Shown: positions 30,291 through 41,842, counted from the first letter of the stretch. The stretch is 64,000 nucleotides of DNA from an uncultured Phycisphaerales bacterium (GCA_963755915.1 CAVWLP010000003.1:896001-960000); one strand, 5' to 3'. Program-made: numbers and translations. The notes: generated by a model not told the origin, from the sequence alone.

Positions 30291-30722
30291 TTACTTCGGT
30301 TTCGTCGTCGGATAGTGCGTCGTCTCCATCAACGCCTTTTCCTGCTGCGCTCGCTCCATAATCCCCGGCGGTGCTTCGCTTTCGGCCGGCTTTGGCGTCA
30401 GCGTGTAGTGCAGATAATGGTGGTCCTTGATGGGAATCGGCAATAGCTCGCTCACTATATCCAGGGGAATCCATTGGTAAATCGGCGCGATGACTTTGGC
30501 CTTGGTCCGGATCGTTTCGTAATCGTCGTGGCGGATCGTGATTTCGTAGGTGCCGTACCAGGTGAAATCGCCGGAGACGGGCGTGCGGCCCCATTCGCTG
30601 TTGTTGAGCTGAACCAGGGCGCCGGGCGGATCGGTCTGGACCGTCAGGATGCGCTCGACGCAGCCGGCGGTCGCGAAAGGCAGAATGGCAACGCATCCGA
30701 GCAGGACCTGGTGAGGCTTCAT
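30291..30722 (-). CDS. PEGA domain lipoprotein
   Basis: TAGC lipobox, LTVQTDPPGALVQLN..GRTP, YGTYEITIR. Confidence 0.85.
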   Translation of the reverse strand: MKPHQVLLGCVAILPFATAGCVERILTVQTDPPGALVQLNNSEWGRTPVSGDFTWYGTYEITIRHDDYETIRTKAKVIAPIYQWIPLDIVSELLPIPIKDHHYLHYTLTPKPAESEAPPGIMERAQQEKALMETTHYPTTKPK

Positions 30723-30774
30723 GCCGGGAACAAAGTATAGGTTGAGGAGAGTTATTAACTAGGAGTCAAGAAGA

Positions 30775-30892
30775 AGATTTTATCGGTCACGGTTTTGGCA
30801 ACGAGAAGACGCGGTTACTCGTATAAAACAAGCGGTTCCGCCGCGGGAGCACATGGCTTGCCCTGGTGACGTTCGAAGTGGCCGTGAGGTGG
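30775..30892. repeat. Dispersed repeat, copy C (empty IS110 target site)
   Basis: GACGCGGTTACTCGTATAAAACAAGCGGTTCCGCCGCG joins the two sequences that flank the IS110 at 3511-3527 and 5005-5023. Confidence 0.85.
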
Positions 30893-30945
30893 GTAGCAGC
30901 AATGGGGAGTTAACAAAATCGATTGGGGGAGTATCTTGGTGGGTT

Positions 30946-32720
30946 ATGGCTTTGAACCAGGAGCTATCGGATCTCTTCCGCACCTTGGCGGCGCTGATGG
31001 ACATCAAGGGGGAAAGCACGTTCAAGGCGATCGCCTTTTCGAAGGTTTCGCGGATTCTGAAGGATATGACGCTCGACCTGGCGGAGTGTTGCCGGGAGGG
31101 GAAGCTGAAGGATTTGGAGGGGATCGGGCCTTCGAGCCAGCGGATCATCGAGCAGTTTATCGCCAGCGGGAAAAGCATTGATTTCGAGGAAGTCGCGGCC
31201 AGCGTGCCGGCGGGACTCATTCCGATGCTGGAGATCCCCAGCCTCGGGCCCAAGACGATCGCCCTGCTCTGGAAGGAGCGGAATATCACCACCCTGGAAG
31301 AGCTGGTGGCGGCGATCGAAGGGAAGAAGCTGGAGGGGATCAAGGGGCTGGGAGATAAAAAGATCGAGGGGATCAAGCAGGGGATCGCGCTGCGGGCGCA
31401 GGCAACGGGGCGGATTGGGATCGTGCGGGCGATGGAGATGGGCGGCGCGATTCTGGAAGCCGTCAGAAAATTCACCGAGGTTCGGGAAGCGGAGCTGGGG
31501 GGAGCCTCCGGCGCCGGCGCGAAACCATCGGCGACATCGACATCGTCTGCTCGTTGAAAAATGATTCGGCCGGTGAGCGCGTTTCCGCCGAATTCGTAAA
31601 GCTGAGCGGCGTGCAGTGCGTGCTCGGCCAGGGATCGACCAAGGCCAGCGTGCTGATGGAAGGGGGCACACAGGTCGATCTGCGGATCGTGCCGGCGGCC
31701 AATTTCGGCGCGGCCCTCCAATATTTCACCGGCTCCAAAGAGCACAACACCAAGTTGCGCGGGCTGGCCCAGCAGAAAAACATGACGCTGAACGAGTGGG
31801 GGCTTTACAGGAATGAGGATTACGACAAGTCGGAGAAGAAGACAGGGTTTCCGCCGAAGGCAAAGCCGGTGGCGAGTAAGACCGAGGAGGATATTTACAA
31901 GGCGCTGGGGATGGCGTGCATGGAGCCGACGCTGCGGGAAGACCGCGGCGAAATCGAGGCGGCGATTGCCGGGAAGCTGCCGAAGGTCATTAAGCTGGAA
32001 GACATCCGCGGCGATTTGCATTGCCACACCACCGCATCCGATGGCCGGAACACCATCGAGCAAATGGCCGAGGCGGCGAAGGCGCGGGGGTATGAATTCC
32101 TGGGAATCACCGATCATTCCAAAACTTCCGTCCTGGCCAACGGCCTGACCGCCGAGCGGCTGATGAAGCACGCGGCGGAAATCCGGCGCATTTCGGCCAA
32201 AATGAGGGGAATTAGCCTCCTGGCCGGGTGCGAGGTGGACATCCTCGCCGACGGCCATCTGGATTTCGAGGATTCCGTGCTGAAGGAACTGGATTTCGTC
32301 GTCGCCAGCCCGCACGTGGCGCTGAAGCAGGATGCGGAGAAGGGGACCGATCGGATTTTGCGGGCGATCGAAAATCGATATGTGAACATCATCGGGCATC
32401 CAACCGGGCGATTGATTTTTGACCGCGAGGGGTTGCCGCTGAATTTCGGCAAGATCTTCAAGGCGGCGGCGGAGACGGGGACGGCGCTGGAAATCAACTC
32501 GGCTTATCCGCGGCTCGATCTGAACGATGTGGCCGCTTATGGGGCGCTGAAGGCGGGGGTGAAATTGTCGATCGACACCGATGCCCACGGCATCGAGCAG
32601 CTTGCCAACATGCGCTTCGGCATCTTCGTGGCGCAGCGGGCGTGGGCGACGGCCGCCGATGTGATCAACTGCATGACGCTGAAGAAGCTGACGGAATTCA
32701 TCGCCAAAAAGCGCGGGTAG
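30946..32720 (+). CDS. polX: DNA polymerase/3'-5' exonuclease PolX with PHP domain (frameshift near 31500)
   Basis: HhH motifs, RRRETIGDIDI, VDLRIV, LQYFTGSKEHN, DLHCHTTASDG, TDHS, HPTGR, DTDAH. Confidence 0.95.
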
Positions 32721-32743
32721 AAATCTCAGGATAAGAAAAAGAA

Positions 32744-32777
32744 ACGGACCGAAGGGGAGCCACCGCCCTCGGTCCGT
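32744..32777. terminator. Hairpin downstream of polX
   Basis: ACGGACCGA.GG...CCCTCGGTCCGT stem preceded by an A-rich tract (U-tract on the minus strand). Confidence 0.5.
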
Positions 32778-32833
32778 GTGACAATCTCAGGTTTGTTAAG
32801 CGCAAAGATAACGCGCCGTTGCGATGCGTCAAT

Positions 32834-33058
32834 ATCCCCGGGCCAGAATTTCACGTTGGCGATGGCGGGGAAGAGCCGGAAGAAAAAATCGCGGGATCGA
32901 CAATTTCGCGGCGCGGGACTCCGGTGCGTGCATCGGCGGCGAAGAATTCGAGCGGCTTTCGCGCGCCATCGGACTTGCGCGAGATATTTGATCGTCTCGT
33001 CATCGACCCGAAGAGCGAAGCGATCGCGAAGCAGTTGGTTCAATTCCCTTTCGTTCAT
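32834..33058 (-). CDS. Small hypothetical protein (probable frameshift)
   Basis: MNERELNQLLRDRFALRVDDETIKYL continues plausibly in another frame as FFAADARTGVPRREIVDP. Confidence 0.4.
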
Positions 33059-33133
33059 GAAGGTTCGTTTTCACACCGGGCGCTTTCACGCCGAGCGATG
33101 TTCTTCTGCGCGAGTATAACGCGCCGGGGGATA

Positions 33134-33318
33134 AGAGCGATTTGCATCTGACCGTAGCGTCCGCGCCGCCTTCGGCGGCCCTTCGGGTTGCGTTCCAAGG
33201 GGTCGTCTGCGGCGTCATCGCTCCTCAGAGGGTCTATTCAAACCCGCTTCGTCGCTCTTCCTTGCATCCGACCCCTTGGAACGCAACGCAGACGCTACGG
33301 TCAGATGCAAAACGCTCT
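33134..33318. mobile_element. MITE-like palindromic element
   Basis: 28-bp terminal inverted repeat AGAGCGATTTGCATCTGACCGTAGCGTC (1 mismatch) plus an internal 19-bp inverted repeat (33187-33205 / 33269-33287). Confidence 0.75.
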
Positions 33319-33379
33319 AAAATTGACTGGGCGGAGGGGGCGGTTAGAATTCGCGGAGTTGGAAATCGTATGAGGACGC

Positions 33380-33452
<73 letters not shown>

Positions 33453-33563
33453 TTTTCAATTATCGTTACAGGGGTTCATTTCGGCCTCATCTTCAGCTTG
33501 ATTTCTCGGGTGCCTGTAGTATTTGTTTGACATCCGGCCCCTGAAGCGATAAAGGCGGTGCTA

Positions 33564-33998
33564 ATGAAGAAGGCAACTTCCCTCGCGAAATCCTTAAACG
33601 CGATCAACGCCCAATTGGAATTGCTGAGGAAGAAGAAAATCCAGGCCATCTTGCGCCCATTGCATCGGGAGCGCAAAAAGCTTTTATCGAGGCTCGATAA
33701 AATAGACCGGACGATCGGTAGCGCCCTGGGGGAAAGGAACGGAGCCAGTCAGCTTGCGATGAAGACGATCGCCAGGGGCCGCAAGCGAATTCGCCGCAGC
33801 GGAAATGAGCTGAAAAAAATCGCCGGTGGCGTCGTCGAGTTTATCAGGTCAAAAGGAACGGCCGGCGTCACTCCCGCCGAAATCAAGGCGGCCTTTGGCA
33901 AACTGCTTCCAAGCCCCCCGCAATTCGTGAAAAAGCACGCCGGTGTGCAACTGAAACGAAAAGGCCCCGCGAAGCGGCCGAGGTATTACCACGGCTAA
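33564..33998 (+). CDS. Basic hypothetical protein, coiled coil plus possible winged-helix DNA-binding domain
   Basis: Very Lys/Arg-rich, helical N-terminus, RKRIRRS linker, C-terminal KRKGPAKRPRYY. Confidence 0.65.
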   Translation: MKKATSLAKSLNAINAQLELLRKKKIQAILRPLHRERKKLLSRLDKIDRTIGSALGERNGASQLAMKTIARGRKRIRRSGNELKKIAGGVVEFIRSKGTAGVTPAEIKAAFGKLLPSPPQFVKKHAGVQLKRKGPAKRPRYYHG

Positions 33999-34052
33999 GG
34001 ATCCCATCAACCAATTGTTGCCAAACGCAACGCGAACAGTGGAGATGACCGA

Positions 34053-34295
34053 ATGAACGAGAACAAAAAGACAATCATCCGCCTGGCCCTTGGGCCCAAG
34101 GAGATGCGCAAGCTGGACGACGTCTGCGAAAAGCGCGGCATGACGCAAATCTCAGCCGTCTCGCGGATGGTGATGTGGCTGGCGCGCCAGGACCACGATA
34201 TCCAGACGGACATCCTCTCCCTCGGCTCGGACGATTCCTCCGACACCAAGCGCCTCAAGCTGCTTAAGCGGATTGCCGGTCAGTCGGCAAAGTAA
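34053..34295 (+). CDS. Small hypothetical protein, ribbon-helix-helix-like
   Basis: TIIRLAL strand then LDDVCEKRGMTQISAVSRMVMWL. GGAG RBS. Confidence 0.65.
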   Translation: MNENKKTIIRLALGPKEMRKLDDVCEKRGMTQISAVSRMVMWLARQDHDIQTDILSLGSDDSSDTKRLKLLKRIAGQSAK

Positions 34296-35232
34296 GCCGC
34301 GGCAAGGCGCTCTGGATCTGCTCGCGATACTTCTCGAGCCACGACGGAAGCATCAGCTTCGCGCCCATGCTTCGGCCGGTTGGTCGGCGGTGAAACCCGG
34401 ATTGTCCGTGGCGATCTCGAACAGCACGCCGCCCGGTTCACGATAATAGATCGAGTGGAAGTAGCAGCGGTCCATGACCGGCGAGACGTTGCGCCCGGCC
34501 ACTGCGATCGCATTGCGCCAATCCGCCTGGGCGGCGTCATCCGGCGCGGAAGGCGACGTGATGCACCACTCCCGCCCCCATCTCGCCCGGCTTGGCCGCC
34601 GGCGTGCAGAGGACATCGACGACCGATGCCAATCCCTCGCCCGCCCCCGTGCGGTATCGAAAGCGGTTCTGGTCGGCCCCTGCGTGGCGGAACTGCATCA
34701 GATTCGTCAGCAGCGACGCGGTTTTTTCGTACCCCTCCTCGACGAGAGTTACGCTGTGAAATCCCCGGATGGCGCGCTCCGGGGCGATTGAATCGATCCG
34801 CCACGGCTGCACTCCCGGCGTTGCCGCCGATTCGGCGAGTTCGAGCTGAAGCCCATCGGGATCGGAGAATTGGATGACGCGCTGCCCGAACCGATCCGGC
34901 GCCGGTTTGCTTTCGATGCCGCGCTCTTTCAGGCGGTCAGCCCAGAAATCGAGCGATTTCTCCGGAACGGCAAATGCCGTGGCCGCCACCTGCGGCGGGC
35001 CGATCTCCCCGCGATAAGCGCCGGGCCAAGCGAAGAACGTCAGGATCGTGCCGGGGTGACCCAGCTCGTCGCCGTAGTAGAGGTGATAGCTGCCGGGGTC
35101 GTCGAAATTCACGGTGAGCTTCACGAGCCGCAGGCCGAGCGTGCGGCAATAGAAGTCGATGTTCTTCTGCGGGTCGGAGCAGATGGCGGTGACGTGATGA
35201 ATTCCGGAAATGGGTTTGGGGGTGTTGGGCAT
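34264..35232 (-). CDS. Ring-cleaving dioxygenase (VOC/glyoxalase, MhqO-like; C-terminal frameshifts)
   Basis: GIHHVTAI, LVKLTVNFDDPGSYHLYYGD, VHHVAFR, DRCYFHSIYYREPGGVLFEIATD. Confidence 0.9.
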
Positions 35233-35282
35233 GGGGGCTCCGATATAAGACGCGGGACGCCGCGTAAACGCGGCCTAAACGG

Positions 35283-35939
35283 TTAGGATGCGAGTGCGAT
35301 AAGTAGTTGTTTGCAGGCATCCAGCTCGTCGTGGTTGATTGTATGCCCCATGCCAGGATATCGGCGCAATTCGACCGCGGTGCCCATGCCGGCCAGGACA
35401 TCCCGCGTATGTTGCACGCGCACGAAGGGGACGTGCGGATCGGGATCGCTGGCGCCCAGAAAAACCGGCGTGCCGTCGAGCGAGCCGGGATAATTTCGCG
35501 GCGTGCCCGGAGGCCCGATCAAACCGCCGGTGAGCGCCATCACTGCGGCGTACCGCCGGGGATTTCGGGCGACGAATTCGCAGCTCAGGCACGCCCCCTG
35601 CGAAAACCCCAGCAGGGCAAGCTTCTCCGCCGCAATTCCGCGGGAAATCACCTCGGAAACCATCGATTCGATCTGGGCCAGGGACCGGTCCAGAAACGGC
35701 TGATTGGCCGCCAGCGGGGCGAGAAACGAATTGGGATACCAGGTATTGCCCGGCGCCTGCGCCGCGACGGCGGCGAGGTGCGGCACGTCGAGCTCGCCAA
35801 AGAGTCCCATCATGTCTTCCGCGGATGCGCCGCGTCCGTGGATTAACACGATGGCCGCGCGAGCCTCTTCGATCGGCGTCCCTCCGAATACCGGCGGTGG
35901 ATAGTTCACTTTTTCGTTCCGCGCCCCCAAAGTTCTCAA
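35283..35939 (-). CDS. Phospholipase/carboxylesterase (MhqD-like); start may be GTG 35909
   Basis: HGRGA, WYPNSFLAP, GFSQG, DPHVP, GHTI. Confidence 0.9.
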   Translation of the reverse strand: MRTLGARNEKVNYPPPVFGGTPIEEARAAIVLIHGRGASAEDMMGLFGELDVPHLAAVAAQAPGNTWYPNSFLAPLAANQPFLDRSLAQIESMVSEVISRGIAAEKLALLGFSQGACLSCEFVARNPRRYAAVMALTGGLIGPPGTPRNYPGSLDGTPVFLGASDPDPHVPFVRVQHTRDVLAGMGTAVELRRYPGMGHTINHDELDACKQLLIALAS

Positions 35940-35969
35940 TATGAGTTCTCAATATGGGTTCTCAATACC
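35931..35969. repeat. 13-bp tandem triplication (AGTTCTCAATATG)
   Basis: Units at 35931, 35944 and 35957; the last overlaps the dps stop codon. Confidence 0.8.
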
Positions 35970-36447
35970 TGCGGGTGATTTCGGCAAGGAACCAAGTTCG
36001 CCGCTCGGTCTGGTCGATCCAGACCTCAAGCATGCTGGTCGTCGCGACATCGTTGTAGCGGTCGCAGGTTTCGTGGGCCACGCGCATCGATTGCGTCAGT
36101 TGCTGGTTGTCCCGGCAAAGCTCGGCAAGCATGTCGAGGGGGCCGACGTTTTCGGTGTCATTGTCCTTGAGGCGCTGGTGGCGGGCGATGTCGCCAATGG
36201 AACGGAGCGTGGTGCCGCCGATCTTTCGCGCCCGCTCGGCAACGTCATCGGTCATGGCAAATATCTGGTCGGAGTGCTCGTCGAGGAGCAGGTGATAATC
36301 GCGGAAATGGGGGCCGGTCATGTGCCAGTGAAAGTTCTTGGTTTTGACATATAGCGCGAAGACATCGGCGAGGAGTTCGCGCAGGGTTTTGGAGATTTCG
36401 ACGACGGCCTCTTTGCCGAGACCGGATTGGGGGTCGCTGATGCTCAT
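35962..36447 (-). CDS. dps: DNA starvation/stationary phase protection protein Dps
   Basis: KTKNFHWHMTGPHFRDYHLLLDE, DDVAERAR, ERRTWFL. Confidence 0.95.
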   Translation of the reverse strand: MSISDPQSGLGKEAVVEISKTLRELLADVFALYVKTKNFHWHMTGPHFRDYHLLLDEHSDQIFAMTDDVAERARKIGGTTLRSIGDIARHQRLKDNDTENVGPLDMLAELCRDNQQLTQSMRVAHETCDRYNDVATTSMLEVWIDQTERRTWFLAEITRRY

Positions 36448-36723
36448 GGTGCTCTCCTTCAAAATGGGTTTGGTCGGCCACTTTACCGCCAACCGTAGGA
36501 TGGGAAAACTGGAAAAGCGAGGGGGACGGAAATTTGTGCCACGGGTCATCGCGCGGTCGGCGGGCCGTTACCTCAATTACCTAAACAACCCAACAGTGCG
36601 CCGAACATCCGCTGTTCATCGAATCGATCTTTTTGCGCCGAAAGAAGTTTGCGCTGGGCGAGACTGTCGTGAACTCCGGCAGATTTCGGAGATTTTCTTG
36701 CGGGCTTCTACGATGCGGGCCGC

Positions 36724-37695
36724 ATGTTTATTGAAGCACTGGAATCCCGCACGTTTCTCTCCGTCGTCACGCTCACCGCGAACACGACCAAAATCCTCAC
36801 CCTCCAATCCGGCGAAACGCTCAACGGAAACGGGCACACCGTCGGAGGTGTGAGCGGATATGACGTCAGCAACGTCACTGTCGAAAATCTCAAAGTCAAC
36901 GGGAGCAAGGGGGATGGAATCGACATCGAATCCGACAAGGCCGGCGTCTCCGGCCTCACCATGAACAACGTCACCATTTGGGGTTTCAAATCCGGTTACG
37001 GGCTGTTCATCTATACCGTCGGCAAGGGAACATTTTCCAAGATCAGCCTCACCGACATCAACGCCTACAGCAACGGCCAGGCGGGAATCTCCACCTGGGG
37101 CCCGACCGAATCGATCACGCAGTTCTCGCTCACCGGCAGCGCCGCGTACAACAACGCCGGGCTTTCCAACGGCCAGGGACCGTCGGGCAGCGGAATCATG
37201 CTCGCGGGCGTCAACGGCGGGACCGTGCTGCAGTGCATCGCGTACGGGAATGGGGCGAACAACGATTCGTCGAGCGGACCGGTGGGAATCTGGGCCTACA
37301 ACTGCAACGCCATTACAATCACCCAGTGCTATAGCTACAACAACAAGACCGAGATGAACGATGGGGGCGGGTTTGATCTCGATGGCGGGGTCACGAATTC
37401 GACTGTGATCGAGTGCCAATCGTGGGGCAACGTGGGGTACGGTTTTGCGGACTTTGCCTATGCGGGCGGTGCCGCGAATTCGGGCAATTCATTTATCGAT
37501 AATACTTCGACGGCAGACGCCGAAGGATTCCTCTACTGGTCCGGCGGGCCGACGATCAGCAACCTTACCGTCAGCGGAAATCAGTTCATCGCCCCGACAT
37601 CCGGATATGCGATTGTGGAATATTCGGGGTCGCCGTATGTAAATATCAATTTCACATCGAATACCTACACCGCCCCGGTGCTGGTTTTAACGTAG
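36724..37695 (+). CDS. Right-handed parallel beta-helix repeat protein with planctomycete LEPR-XLL-type N-terminus
   Basis: MFIEALESRTFLS, Asn/Gly-rich repeats, GPVGIWAY, DGGGFDLDGG. Confidence 0.85.
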   Translation: MFIEALESRTFLSVVTLTANTTKILTLQSGETLNGNGHTVGGVSGYDVSNVTVENLKVNGSKGDGIDIESDKAGVSGLTMNNVTIWGFKSGYGLFIYTVGKGTFSKISLTDINAYSNGQAGISTWGPTESITQFSLTGSAAYNNAGLSNGQGPSGSGIMLAGVNGGTVLQCIAYGNGANNDSSSGPVGIWAYNCNAITITQCYSYNNKTEMNDGGGFDLDGGVTNSTVIECQSWGNVGYGFADFAYAGGAANSGNSFIDNTSTADAEGFLYWSGGPTISNLTVSGNQFIAPTSGYAIVEYSGSPYVNINFTSNTYTAPVLVLT

Positions 37696-37837
37696 AGTTA
37701 ACAATACCCTCGCCAGAGGGGAAAAACCTGGGCGGAAAAAGACTTTGTAGTGCATCGCAGCCTTAGTTATACTTTGGGTGCGGTCATGGCCTTCTCGGTT
37801 GGCCGCGTCAGATCTAAAAGGGCTATTGGACAATTGG

Positions 37838-39335
37838 ATGCAACAGGTCTTGGAGCCCAGGTTCTCTTGCGGTGCGTGCGGCAAGACATTTAAGTGGAAG
37901 CCGGAAATTGCCGGCAAAAAGGGGAAGTGCGCCTGCGGGGCGTCGATCATGGTGCCGATGACGGCGCCGCAGCTTGCCGGGGCAAAGCCGCGGGTAATCG
38001 TAACGACGACGCCGGTCGTAAAGCGCGGTCCCGGTTACGGCGGTGGGGAAGAAATCCGCCGGACCGACCGCCGCACGCGCGCCGGTGGTTGCCGTGCCGG
38101 TGCTTAAATCACCGATATTAAAGCCCGCGATTCCCGCTCCCCCGCCGCCTGTTAAACCGCCGCCGCCTCCCCCGCCACCGCAGGAAGAAGAGGAGCAGAA
38201 CGAATATGACCTGGCGGATGGCATGTCGCACCTCGACTCGCTGCTGCCAACGCCGGAGGCCATCGCCGCCGCCGAGAGGGAAGCACCGCCGGCATTGCCC
38301 GCGGAGCCCGTCGCGGCCGAGCCGATCGAATATCAACGCCAGCGGAAAAAACCGAAAAAGCCGCGCGCCGAGCAATACGATCCCGAGACCGGCGAGCTTT
38401 CCGATCCGGTGAGGGATTACATCGTCCCCGCCGTATTGCTGGCCGCGTCGCTCTTCGGAATCGGCTTGTTCGTGACGCAACGCCTGGGAGCCGGTCCGCT
38501 GGCACAGCTTGCGATCTCGGTAATGTTTGCGTTCCTGCTCGGGCTCACGCTGGTCAGGACTTTGATTCTGACGTGCATTGCCATCCCACTGGCGACGTAT
38601 TGCGATATCGGGCTGGGACTTCTTCGATCGGCAATCCTCAAGATCGCCGCGACACTCCTCTTTAGCGGCGTGGCCATCATGCTCATGGACGCCGCCCTGC
38701 GCATGGCCGGAGTCACCGGCAGATACGGCGGTGGCCCCATCGAATGGCTCGCCAACATCTTCGGGCAAGTCGTCCTCTTCTATCTCTGCTTCTGGTATAT
38801 GTTCAGACTTTCCGGCGGTGGAATCGGATTTGCGATCCTGATGGCGATCGCTTCCTGGATCACGGACTTCCTGCTTGCGATCGCATTTGTGGCGTTGATC
38901 CTCTCGCTGGTCGTCACGCATATCCAACCCACCATGGCGAGCATTCCCGCCAGTCAGGCGCCGGTTTTCTTCGCCCCTGCCACGCCGGTGACGGCTCAGC
39001 CGGGCCAGAATTCGGCGACGATGATGGACGCCGTCATCTCCCAGCAGATTCACCTCAACCGCATGACCGAGGGTTACGCCTGGTGCCGCAACGGCAGGGC
39101 CGACGACGCGGACAAGAAACTGATCAGCGACATGTACAACTCGGGGGCGGACAAGGTTTATGTCGGCGGGCTCGCGACGATGTACGCCCAGTTGCCCACC
39201 GACCCCGCGAAGCGTCAGGCGTGCCTCGATGTCGCCCATGCGTTCCGCAAGAAATATGGCTTGCCGGACGATCCGTCCGTAAACAGCTTGAACTATCAAT
39301 ACATAGTGATCGATCTGATGGGCTCGCACAAATGA
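37838..39335 (+). CDS. Zinc-ribbon, proline-rich membrane protein (frameshift near 38040)
   Basis: CGACGK..KCACG, poly-Pro linker, EYDLAD, ~6 TM segments. Confidence 0.7.
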
Positions 39336-39458
39336 TCTCGCCCGGGGCAAGCGCCTGCTTATAGCTCCCCTCACCGCCCATTTTTCTCATTTGACTTCGT
39401 TTCTTCCCCGTCAATATAAACCGACTCATCGATCGATTTTTCACAGAAGGAGACCTTG

Positions 39459-40492
39459 ATGCGATATCGTCTGCTTGGTTACAGCGGGCTTCGGGTTTCG
39501 GAAATCTGCCTGGGCACGATGACCTTCGGCGAAGACTGGGGATGGGGTGCCTCCAGGGACGACTCCCGCAAAATGTATGACGCCTACCGCGAGGCGGGGG
39601 GAAACTTTCTCGACACCGCCAACCTGTACACCATGGGCACCAGCGAAAAGTTCGTCGGTGAATTCATCCGCCCCCATCGGCAGGAAATCGTCCTGGCGAC
39701 GAAATACACCAACGCGGCCCCGTGCAAAGATGCCAATGCCGGAGGAAACCACCGCAAAAACATGGTGCAGGCGATCGAGGCAAGCCTCAAACGACTTGGC
39801 ACCGACTACATCGATCTCTACTGGCTGCACATCTGGGACCAGCTCACCCCGGTCGAGGAGGTCATGCGCGGATTTGATGATTTGGTCCGCGCCGGAAAAT
39901 CCTCTACGCGGGCGTCTCCGATTGTCCCGCCTGGTGGATCGCGCGGGGGAATACCATAGCCGAGCTGCGCGGCTGGACGCGGTTCGTCGCCCTGCAGATC
40001 GAATACAGCCTGATCGAGCGCACCGTCGAGCGCGAGCTTACCCCGATGGCGGAGGCACTTGGCCTGACGGTCACCGCCTGGTCGCCCCTCGCCGGTGGCG
40101 TTCTCTCGGGCAAATACCATTCCCCCGGCGAGGCGAAAGACGCTCGCTTCAGCAGCGACATGATGAAGCCGATGCAATCCTCCGGCCAGCGCACGGAAAA
40201 GATCGTTGCGGCCGTGAAACAGATCGCCCAGCAGCTCGGCCGCAGCCCGGCGCAGATCGCCATCGCCTGGCTGCTGCACCGCGATCAGCCGATCATCCCC
40301 ATCATCGGCACGCGAAAGATCAGCCAGCTTCACGACAATCTCGCGGCACTGGAAGTGAAGCTCAGCTCCGATCAACTTCGCCTGCTCAACGAAGTAAGCG
40401 CTGTGCCGCTGGGATTTCCGCACGAGTTTTACGCTTCGGAGCTGGTTCGCACGTTTGTCTATGGGGGAATGCGCGACAAGATCATCGCCTGA
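39459..40492 (+). CDS. Aldo/keto reductase (frameshift near 39900)
   Basis: SGLRVSEICLGTMTFG, DTANLY, LATKY, SLKRLGTDYIDLYWLH, WSPLAGG, IPIIG. Confidence 0.93.
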
Positions 40493-40503
40493 CCTGGCGT
40501 GTT

Positions 40504-41815
40504 CTATAGTGATTCGAGCAGCAGCCGGGCCGCGCGCGCCGCTGGCGAGCGCCCCTGCCACGGTGCTGGCCTGGCCGGACGTGTCGATCGCTTCACCGGC
40601 GAAAAAGAGGGTGTTGTCGATCGGCTTCGCCAGCTTATTTCGCGCCGGCATCCCCCCCACCGCCACGTAGCTGTACGCCCCCCGTGAAAACGGATCGGTG
40701 CTCCAGTCGTGGCTGTAGAATGCTTCGGTCATCGATGCCAGTTGCCGCCGCGGAATCTTGAGTAAATCTGACAATGAACTTAACGCCGTCTCCTGAAGCC
40801 GCCGCTTGGAAATCCCGGCAAGTGCGATCGCCTTGGGCCCGCCAACCCAGGCGGTCAGCACGGGAACACGCAGGGGGCGCAACGTCCACCACGTTGGAAT
40901 CGGGGCGTCGGTATCGTGTATGAAAGCGGCGTCGCGAAGTTTCTTGTCCCTTGAATTTTCCCAAAACGCCTCCCGAAATCGGAAGATGCCTTTGACAACA
41001 GATCCGAAGGCAAGGCCCATTGACGTCTCCCTCCACTGCGCAATATCCGGTGCAAACCGGATCGAGCCTTTGGCCTCCGGGGGAAGCTGAAGGATTCCGA
41101 GGGGCAGAGTTATGAGCACGCGTCTGCCTCGGACCACGTTTCGGGAATTCGCCAGCCGTACCTCGACTTTGGATTTGCCCCAGCGGATTTCCGAAACCGC
41201 CGCTCCCAGCCGAAACTTAATGCGCCTCGGATCACAACACCGCCGCAGAAAATCGACCAGCGAAACGTACCCGTCCTTCAAACGAAATTGCGTTTCATCC
41301 CCCACGTCGCCGATTCCCGCCTGTTCCTCGGCCAGCGATTTGGCGCTGATCCGCTCGGGATCGGCCGCATCAAACCCCTCGACGAAGCTGACGGCAAATC
41401 GCCGCGCTTCCGGACGCGCGTGCCGCGATTCATGTTCCCGCAGATAATCCGCGAAGCTTTTATCCTCCCTGCCCAGGTGGACCAGCCCGCCCATGATCTT
41501 GCCAAGCTCAGCATCGATGTTCGCAAGCTCGACGAGTCTCCCGCGCCGGCGCTGCTGATGATCGAACGGCAAATCCATCGCGACCAGCCCTGCTTCACGA
41601 ATCAGCTTCCACGTCGCGTCCGGCCGGCCGTGAATGAATTCCGCTCCAAGCTCGATGGGAATTTGCAGCTTGGGATCGCGGAGCGTATGGATTCGCCCCC
41701 CGATCCGATTCCGCGCTTCCAGGACAATCGCGCGATGCCCCGCATCCGACAATGTCTTCGCCGCCACGAGCCCTGCCGCCCCGGCGCCGACGATAATCAC
41801 CGCTGCATTCTTCAC
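40504..41815 (-). CDS. Flavin-containing monoamine oxidase family protein (frameshift at extreme C-terminus)
   Basis: GAGAAG, LEARNRIGGRI, ELGAEFIHG, DPFSRGAYS, FFAGEA, TVAGALASG. Confidence 0.9.
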
Positions 41816-41842
41816 CAGCCCCGCAGATTACCCGCCATCCGC

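Noticed and set aside
31490-31510. Programmed ribosomal frameshift in polX (and other split genes)
   Set aside because: The indel is in a G homopolymer and similar breaks affect many unrelated genes, so sequencing error is the simpler explanation
30780-32588. 602-aa minus-strand ORF (and similar long antisense ORFs at 48033-49415, 51014-52597, 59007-60647)
   Set aside because: Shadow ORFs of well-supported genes, caused by high-GC codon bias; no motifs
39818-40503. C-terminal 230 aa of the 665-aa amine oxidase ORF
   Set aside because: Read-through from a frameshift into the antisense of the aldo/keto reductase; the alternative frame stops at 40504
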